DNA of 64,000 nucleotides from Eledone cirrhosa (lineage: Eukaryota), in assembly GCA_964016885.1 (NCBI GenBank), contig OZ024747.1, positions 83,018,001 through 83,082,000 on the forward strand, in the 5' to 3' direction. Under the pieces are notes generated by a model. That model made no database searches. It saw only the letters and a list, made by a program, of their open reading frames with translations, and was not told where the DNA came from. This document shows, in pieces, positions 55,798 to 64,000 of this stretch; position 1 is the stretch's first letter; each line of letters begins with the position of its first letter. Made by a program: the position numbers and the translations under genes.

Positions 55798-56851
55798 AAC
55801 GGCGATGAATTAGTTTTGCGAGGTTTTTTATATGAAATCGTGTGTCGAAACAAATATTGTTATACTTGGGGAGGGTCATATTTGTGTAATATTGCCAGAA
55901 TTAATAACAGAACACACTCACTGTTTGGTTGGTTTTCGCTTCTGTGTCTTTTATATCGGTAATCTAATTTATTCGGTCCTCAATGTTGCCATTGACTGAC
56001 CGACGGTCAAAAATAATACAGATACAATATAGACACAAACACATATATATAGTTTATCAAAGTTCTTTCGTTGCACATCTGCAACATCGTCAGTGGTGCT
56101 ATTGTTTCCTCCCGTTACATTGTATGTCTACGCCATTTTTATTTAGTCTGTCTATATATTTATTTATTTATTTGTTTGTTTGTTTATTTTATTTTGTCTT
56201 CTTTGCGCATGCGTTTGCGTGTGTGTATAGTGTTTTGTTTGATGTGTGTTCGTGATTGGGTGACTGTGTATCGGTTAATGTATTCTATCTTTACTAGTGT
56301 GTGTTTATATGTGTTTGTTGTTATTGTGCTTGTGTATGTATTTATTTATTTATTTATCTATCTATTTATTTATTTATTTATACTTCTCTTAGGTCAGTGT
56401 TGTTTGTTTGGGTGTTGTTGTTATTCCTTTCATTCTTTCTGTTTAGTCTTGGCCTTCTAAGTTCTATTTCCCTGACCTTTCTGATTTGCCTATCTGCTGG
56501 GTCATTTCTATGTTTAGATATTATTCTAATTTCTATGTTGTCTATGTTACCGTCGTGTTGTTGTCTGGCATGTTCGTATAGTACTGACCCGTTTTTTCGT
56601 CCTTTTAGTGCCCCCCAGTGTTGGTCTATCCTTTCACCTATGCTACGAGCTGTCTCGCCTATGTATGTTGTTGTCATGTTTCTGCAAGTACCCTCTGTAC
56701 ATCTTATGCTATAGACTACGTTTCGAGTTTTACAGTTTATCCGGGGGTTTACCTTACATATGATACATTTCCTATTAGTACAGTGAGTGTGTTCTGTTAT
56801 TAATTCTGGCAATATTACACAAATATGACCCTCCCCAAGTATAACAATATA
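55798..56851 (-). mobile_element. 5'-truncated Penelope-like element: GIY-YIG ORF end, pLTR with HHR, tail, and inverted pLTR end
   Basis: HHR at 56056-56097 (-). Segment 55854-55924 is repeated in inverted form at 56780-56850. Tail 55798-55853 is related to 62341-62397. Confidence 0.9.
56378..56783 (-). CDS. PLE GIY-YIG endonuclease domain (partial, open frame)
   Basis: CTNRKCIICK..NCKTRNVVYSIRC..C..TYIGETARSIGERIDQH..LYEH..H..DRQI..I..RPRLNRK: VVY/YIG motifs, conserved R and H, Cys-rich linker. Confidence 0.9.
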
Positions 56852-57341
56852 TACGAAAGGCCGGTTGTATGATGCCTGTGTGAGGAGCGCGATGCTGCAT
56901 GGTAGTGAGACATGGGCAGCTACCGCAGAAGATATGCGACGGCTGGAGAGAAATGAGACAAGCATGCTCCGTTGGATGTGCAGTGTAAATGTGCGTGAAC
57001 GACCCAGCATAAATGTGTTGAGAGAGAAACTGTGTCTGAGAGGGATAGAATGTAGTGTACGGGAGAGGAGACTGAGGTGGTATGGACATGTGATGCGCAT
57101 GGAGGATGACCGATGGGTGAAGAAGTGCCAGGAAATGCCAGTTGAAGGAAGACGTGGTAGAGGTAGACCACGAAAAACATGGGCGGAGGTGGTGAGAACA
57201 GACCTCAGATCATTGAAGCTCACGGTGGAGATGACAAGGGACCGTGACGAGTGGAGAGATGCTGTGCTGAATAAGACCCGTCCCACCCTTGCAAGCAGGG
57301 AAAAGCGGACGTAAAATGATGATGATGATGATGATGATGAT
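56852..57341 (+). mobile_element. RTE-clade LINE 3' end with (GAT)n tail
   Basis: LYDACVRSAMLHGSETW..RRLRWYGHVMRM..GRRGRGRPRKTW..DRDEWR, stop at 57314. Confidence 0.92.
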
Positions 57342-57508
57342 ATACTGTAGAGGCTAAAAATTCTAATATAGTCCAGAAATAGCCGTCGAAACGGCTTGAG
57401 CTCTGCCGTCGGGTCATACTTTTTCCTCACCTACCCCCCACTCTCCTGAGCGTGAATCTAATAAACATTTGTCGTACTGCCTCTCTGTTCTGTCCCTGTT
57501 CAATTTTT

Positions 57509-57545
<37 letters not shown>

Positions 57546-58544
57546 AGCATATATGTATTCTGCAACACTCCCCATCACTCTAGCCTGCTGCGTATAACCG
57601 ACCTCTCAGTACTTCCTTAACATTCCATGCTTGAGTCCAAGTAAATAACAACTGCATTGTATACACGGATGTGCTTCAAGACACATTAGTACCAGGCAAG
57701 TTATTTGACGAAATGTTTAAGTTTGAATGATTCGTGAGTAAACAGAACTATTTATAGTCGTTGACACAGAAATATTAGTTGTTTACTTAAAAGTCTTTAC
57801 TGTCGTTAACATGACTTGGGCGTTGAATTGGCAAACTTGTCAGCTCATAGGAGAAAATTGCTTGTGGTATTTGTTCCAGCTCTCTGCACCACAAGATTAA
57901 ATCCTGTTGAGGTCAACTTTGCCTTTCTTCTGTCTGCGTCACTAAAGTATTGTACCAGCGCGGCAGCTGGACTAACCCTTTCGTTGACGTATTTTTAATG
58001 AAATACACTGCCAATGTGTTTCAATAAATTTGGAAAATAATCAAATATTTTGAGGAATTTAATAAAATAACTAACTCTTTCATTAATAACTTGGTATTTA
58101 GAACATTACTTGACAAAGATTTCTCAAATTTGGTATCAAAAGGATTAATTTCTTTTGAGACCAAAGCACTTACAAGATTATAGTATCACCCCAATCCATT
58201 TATAAAGACTGAAAAAATTGGTGGGGGTGATGGTGGAAGGACAATGACAAATACATTTAATTTGAATAGAATGGTGCCACTCTTCCCTTGATACCCTAAA
58301 CATGTGCTTAATTTGCTTCATAGTTAATCCGGCCAGGAATATTATGTTTGTTCTGGCTCTTTCTGTTTCAAATTCAAACCCTAGCGTGACCTATTTAGAT
58401 GGTAGATTTAACACCACCACTGCTTCATCATTGTGTACCTTTAGCTGAGTCTACTTTGTTGCAAAGACTTAAACTAGATATCTTGTTTCTTCTTACCAGT
58501 CTCTGAAAAAGGGTCATGTACTGCATGCTTGTCTTTCTTTGACT

Positions 58545-58865
58545 ACTTCTTCGCCCACTTATTCCTAAGAGGGTCGTGGAGTAGAGTCCTCAAATACTCC
58601 GTCCAGTGGGTCCTGTCAAAAGCAACCGACTCCAACTGATCCAGCTGGATCCGGAAGCCCATAGATGTTATCCAACCATCTTGCTCAGGGTCTACCCCTG
58701 GGTCCCCTGCTAGTTGGTTTTGCCCATAAAATCTGTCCAGCGATTTTTTTCCTGAGACATTCTAACCACATGCCCATAGTATCGGAGTTGTGACCTCTCA
58801 ATTCAGAGAAGTAGTGGCTCTACCTGGAGTGACTCTCTGATCTCTTGGATATTTGTTCTATGTCT
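58545..58865 (-). mobile_element. Decayed RTE 3' fragment (related pieces at 59670-59885 and 60755-61170)
   Basis: IRESLQVEPLLL*IERSQLRYYGHVVRM..AKP..RGRP; at 60839-61069 LKQVEKFMYL..VPTLFSGHESW. Confidence 0.75.
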
Positions 58866-61800
58866 CTGTGTGTTCTGAGTTCAAATCCCACCAATGTCCA
58901 CTTATTATTTCAATCTTTCAGGGATGATAAAGAAAGTACCTGACCAAGGTTTGTGCATCTCTCTCTCCTTCCTGTTGTCACATCCTAATGGTGGTGGTAG
59001 TGGGATTCATGGTAGTGGCACCAGTAGTGGCAATGAAGGTGATGGTGATGGGGTGGTGTTGATAGGCATGATGATGGTGATTATGATGATGATGATGGTA
59101 ATGAGGTATCCTCTGCTGGTTTCAACAAAAGACATTCAATTGTTTGATCAACTGAACGTCCAATCTGTGAATTAATATGCAAGTGGTTGAGTATTCCACA
59201 GGCATGTGTACTCTTAACATAACTCCCGATCTGAATTAGTGTGACCTTTGAATAACTATCCATCCAAATGGTTCTACACAGTTTGCATCGATCCAATTTC
59301 AATCACAAGGCTTGAATAAACTCAAAACTATGGTAAACACATCTGGCCATGGTGCCATGTTGTGGGATCAAACCCAGGACTTCATGAAAGCAAAATGAAC
59401 CACTACCCCATGCCAGTGTCCACTAAAATATGAGGATTAATAGTCCAAATACTGAATCAGAGACTAAGGGTGAGCAGTAGCAGTCGCTCTGGCCACATGT
59501 GGAAAGGGGCACAAAATTTATCTTGGCTTATAGTGTTTGTTAATTTGGATGAAGAAGCAGGCCAAAATTGTCATAGACACTGGGGCACTAAGAGCCCTTA
59601 CACTACATTGCCAAATAATTAGTTTTCTACCTAATCAATAGAAATTATCATTATTATCTTCATAGTTAGGGCTTCTTCTTTGCCCACTTTTTCCTGGGAG
59701 GGTCATGGAGCACAGTCCTCAAGCATGTGCTCCACTGAGCCTGTTAGAAGCAACCATCTCCAACTGACCTGACTGGATCCCCAAGCAAGACCAGCAAAGC
59801 TCATAGATGTTACCCATCAATCTTCCTTGGGTCTCCTCAGTTGGTTTTGCCCATAAAATGTGTCCAGCGTTTCTTTCCTGAGAACTACCATCATCACCAC
59901 TGCCACAGTAATTGTTAACATAAAACTCCTCGTTCCCTCTCCATACCACTTCCCTCCACCACCTGGTTCTACAACAAATTGTAACATATAACCCCCTCAC
60001 CCTCCATTTCTCACTACTACCTCCACCATCATCTCCACCAACAACAACCATCACCATCACCATCATCGATCAGTAACCCCCCCCCCCCTTTCATAACATT
60101 TCCTAATAAGTTCTCTACTCCCACCCCACCATCACCACATCTTTGTTTTCTGTTTTCTTTCTTTTTTTTTTCTCCTTCAGAAGTTTTATTTTTTTATTTT
60201 TACGGAACAACTAAAATCAATATTTGTTGATATTTTAAAAAACTCTTGCTGGAATCAGTGAATTTCGATTGATTGAAGCAACTACAGGTTTGGGAAAAAA
60301 AATATTTCAAGGAATCTTGTCTGTCAATCAATATGAACTATTGATTTCAATAGCATATTGATAAACTTCTCCTTGTGCACTAATTCTACATATTAGTATA
60401 TGTAAGCTATGTTATATCCTATGACATAAACTGATATTAACCAATATATTTGTAATACCATGTGTATTTAAAAAATACAAAAATGTAAACTTGAAAATGA
60501 AACCTTGAAAAGTTATCCATAGCTGAAACTGATCATTACAAAAACAAATGAGATAACGATGATTCTTTCTGAAATTGCATCTTTTATTTTGTATGAACTG
60601 ATTTCTTTCCAGGGTTTGGGGTTTTTTGGGTTTTTTTTGCTCACTCAAATCAAGGCAATAAAGTTACAAAAATGAAAGGGATTACTGAGAAGAGAGGACA
60701 AGAAAGAACATAATTCAAGGAATGAGAAGATGATGATTGATATTGAAGTAACAGCTCTACCTGAGTGACTCTCTGATCTCTGAGTTCTGCACTCTATCAA
60801 CTAACATTACTCTAAAAATCTTTCAGAGGATCCCCATTTTAGCTGCTTTCAGTCATTGACCAAGATTCATGACCAGAGAAAAGGGTTGGCACAAATACCA
60901 AATTAAAGATAGCGAATTTGGCTTTTGCACCTGAATGCTGAAACTGGCAAATTATTGCTCCAGTTCCTGAAGTTCTTGCCCTTAATTCAGACCCCTGTCT
61001 TCTATCATTTGTGAAAACAGCCCAGAGATACATGAACTTCTCAACCTGCTTCAGTGGAACTCCACTCACATGTAAAGTGCACTACACAGGCTTCCTTGAG
61101 AGGACATGTGTCTCAGTCCTCACAACTATTATGTTCGTTCTTGCCATGCAGCACCTAAGAAGAGATAATTGTTGTGATTCTATTGCCTATGACTATTCTG
61201 AGCTTGAAAATTATGTCACTTATTCTAACTACCTTCATTACCTTATCGACTCACTTCTCGGCTAGTAGAATGTCTACTCATATGAAGGTTTCATCATCAA
61301 TATTTTATTTGGATTCAGAATAAAAATATTCTCTATCTAATGCTGGTACACCCAGTGGTTGGTGATAGGAAGGGCATCATTCTGTAGGAAACATGCCAAA
61401 AAAGGGTCATGAGGACTTTTCAGTAATGACCATAGCACAACAACCTCTCTACTGTTGGTGATCTACATGATAAACACAGCTATAGAAAGCTTGTCAAACA
61501 AAGAGTTGGAAGGACTCTTCAGCTGTATCAAAGACATGACAACTTTTCTAGTGTTGATACTCTACACAATAAATGCACCCAGTACACTCTGTAAAGTGGT
61601 TGGTGGTAGGAATGTCATCCAGCTGTAGAAAACCTTCCAAGCAATGAATCAGGACGACTCTTCAGCTGTGTCAAAGACATGACAACTGCCCTAGTGCTGG
61701 TGCAACAATAAAATGTAGTCAGTCGACCGCAGGAATGTATATAAGCCTGATGTAGGCTGCATCCCATCTGGACACTTAATAGGACAGGGGAATGTATATA

Positions 61801-61908
61801 TGTGAGATGTAGGCCCCCAGCCAATATGAGAGGTCAGTAGTTTCACTTGAGTACTGACTCATATAACCCTTGCTAGCACTTTTTATAATGTACATTTTTG
61901 CCTCAAAA

Positions 61909-62265
61909 GGCACCCAGCCCACACTGTGAAGTGGTCGTGTAGGTGTTGTGACAAAAAGTACACAGTCCACACTGTGAAGTGGTCGTGTAGGTGTCATGAC
62001 AAAAAGCACTCAGCCCACACTGTAAAGTGGTCGTATAGATGTTGTGACAAAAAACATCCAGTCTACACTGTAAAATGGTCGTGTGTGTGTCACAACAAAA
62101 AGCACTCAGCATACACACTGTAAATGTGGTTGGCATTAGGAAGGGCATCCAGTTGTAGAAATCTAGCCAGAAACATTTCTGTATGAGCAAGACATGTTCA
62201 CCTGACCTAGCATTGCCCACAACAGGACAACTCGTCTAACCCATGCTAGTGGGGAAATTGGACGC
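61909..62265 (+). repeat. Four ~49-bp tandem units running into an RTE-tailed SINE
   Basis: cacactgtraagtggtcgtgtaggtgt..gacaaaaagcactcag x4, then gtggttggcattaggaagggcatccag..aacccatgctag. Confidence 0.75.
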
Positions 62266-62340
62266 ATCTTGCAAAATAAATACATCGCACACACATACAT
62301 ACATACATTTACTGATACATATATGTGTATATATATATAT

Positions 62341-63104
62341 TTCGTTTCTGAATTTGTTTAGCAAGATTCTTTATCTGAAAACGTGTGTTGAAACCGATAT
62401 TGTTATACTTTGGGAGGGTCATGTTGCCAATAAGAAACACACGCACCAGTTGCTTTCACTTCAATTTATTATAAATTAAATTTATAAATTTAGGAATTTA
62501 TAAATTTTCCGGTTGGTTGGTTGGTTCCACAACCAGATGATTGTTCATATATTGTCAAAGTTCTTTCGTCACACATTCTGTGACCTCTTCAGTGACTAGG
62601 GATTCTTTTCTTTGTTTTTGTGCCTCTCCTTTGTTCATGTGTTACATCCGGGTGTCCGTGTGTGTTTATATTTGTTTATTTATTTGTTTATTTACATATT
62701 ACTGGTTGGTTGTTTGTTCTATGTGTGTGTGTGTTTTCATTTTGTCCTTAATTGTAAGTTGTGATGTTGCTGTTCCATTCATGTTTTCTATTTAATTTTG
62801 GTTGGAGTTCATTTATGTAACACATGCGCAAACTAAGCACACAACACACACAAAAACAAGATGGCATAGGACAGAACAAAGGAGAGGCACAAAAACAAAG
62901 AAAAGAATCCCCAGTCACTGAAGAGGTCACAGAATGTGTGACGAAATAACTTTGACAATATATGAACAATCATCTGGTTGGGGAACCAACCAACCAACCG
63001 GAAAATTTATAAATTCCTAAATTTATAAATTTAATTTATAATAAATTGAAGTGAAAGCAACTGGTGCGTGTGTTTCTTATTGGCAACATGACCCTCCCAA
63101 AGTA

Positions 63105-63110
<6 letters not shown>
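62341..63110 (-). mobile_element. Fold-back PLE pLTR pair with two HHRs
   Basis: Arms 62402-62636 and 62874-63108 are inverted. gtca CTGAAGA g-gtcaca-gaatg-tgtgac GAAAG aa CTT tgac at 62554-62596 (-); the copy at 62914-62956 (+) has G15.2 changed to T. Confidence 0.88.
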
Positions 63111-63140
<30 letters not shown>

Positions 63141-64000
63141 GAGAGAGAAAGAGAGAAAGAGAGTCGTCATTAGTAAACAAAAATAGTCAAGAATAAAGAT
63201 GGTAAAAAAGAGTTATATAACCTTGCATAATCTCATGAAACAGAACAAATTATTTCTAAGTTTTGAATTAAAGAACAAAAATTAAAATTATCTCCCTTGG
63301 ACCGTGTCATGTTTAGTGGAATTTATTTTTACTTTTGGTATAAGACCAGCAATTTGAATGGCAGCCAAATCTCCCTGCCTGAAAACATGTGAATACCTAT
63401 GTGGTCACTACGCTTGCTAAAAATAGCAGCCAAAGCTCACTCAAATCAGATGAAAATAGTCTTTGTACTGACCATTTCTCGTGTGTTTTCAGACATTTTT
63501 GAGAAATTTTAGGGAAATTCAGCTACAATTTTCTGCATGTAAAACGACCATATAGAGATCCACTTGATTTCAGGCAGCAATATCATATTTGATTGAGGTT
63601 TGGTTGCTGTTGCAAAGCGGTTCGATTGTTTCCAAACGAAAATGATTGATTTAAAGGAAATCTGGCTGTTTTTCCTAGTAATGACCATGTAGAGGTTCAC
63701 TTGTTTACAGGTGATTTGAGGGAGATTCTGCTATTTTTAGCATGTACTGCGATTATATAGTAGTTCACGGGGTTTGAGATATTTATCACGGATTCTGCTG
63801 CTATTTTTAGCAAGTGAAGCGACCATGTGGGGGTTTACCTCTTTTCAGACAGAAATGAGAGATTTAAGAGCGATTTGGTTGCTACTTCTAATGTGTAGCG
63901 ACTATATGTTGTTTACTTATAAATGATTGGCCTTGTGCCTAAGTTAGAAACCATTATTATCAAACAGAAAAAAAGAAGCAAGCATGCTTCAATAGATGTC

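Noticed and set aside
55345-57341. One RTE element split by the PLE
   Set aside because: The two RTE pieces are on opposite strands and non-contiguous in the protein, and one is separated from the PLE by (TA)n. They are treated as separate fragments.
56378-57430. 350-aa ORF as a single gene
   Set aside because: It is a chance fusion of antisense RTE sequence, an inverted pLTR piece and the genuine GIY-YIG fragment.

Overview
This is eukaryotic, AT-rich, repeat-dominated non-coding (intronic or intergenic) DNA. The tRNA-derived SINE types and the extreme (TA)n/(CA)n/(CATA)n microsatellite load suggest an octopod cephalopod; this is an inference, not a database hit. No complete host gene can be supported, and nearly all ORFs in the track are microsatellite read-throughs. 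The window contains: (1) about 23 type I hammerhead-ribozyme (HHR) motifs from roughly ten distinct sequence families. They sit in short Penelope-like-element (PLE) terminal repeats inserted into (TA)n tracts, usually as fold-back structures, alongside PLE RT and GIY-YIG coding fragments and one apparently unit-length, non-coding, retrozyme-like element. (2) A ~600-bp bipartite non-autonomous RTE derivative flanked by (CATA)n. (3) RTE, CR1/Jockey-group, R4/Dong and CRE LINE remnants. (4) Dozens of SINEs. (5) A 3.2-kb 29/26-bp minisatellite and other tandem arrays. All structures and translations were read by eye; no searches were run.
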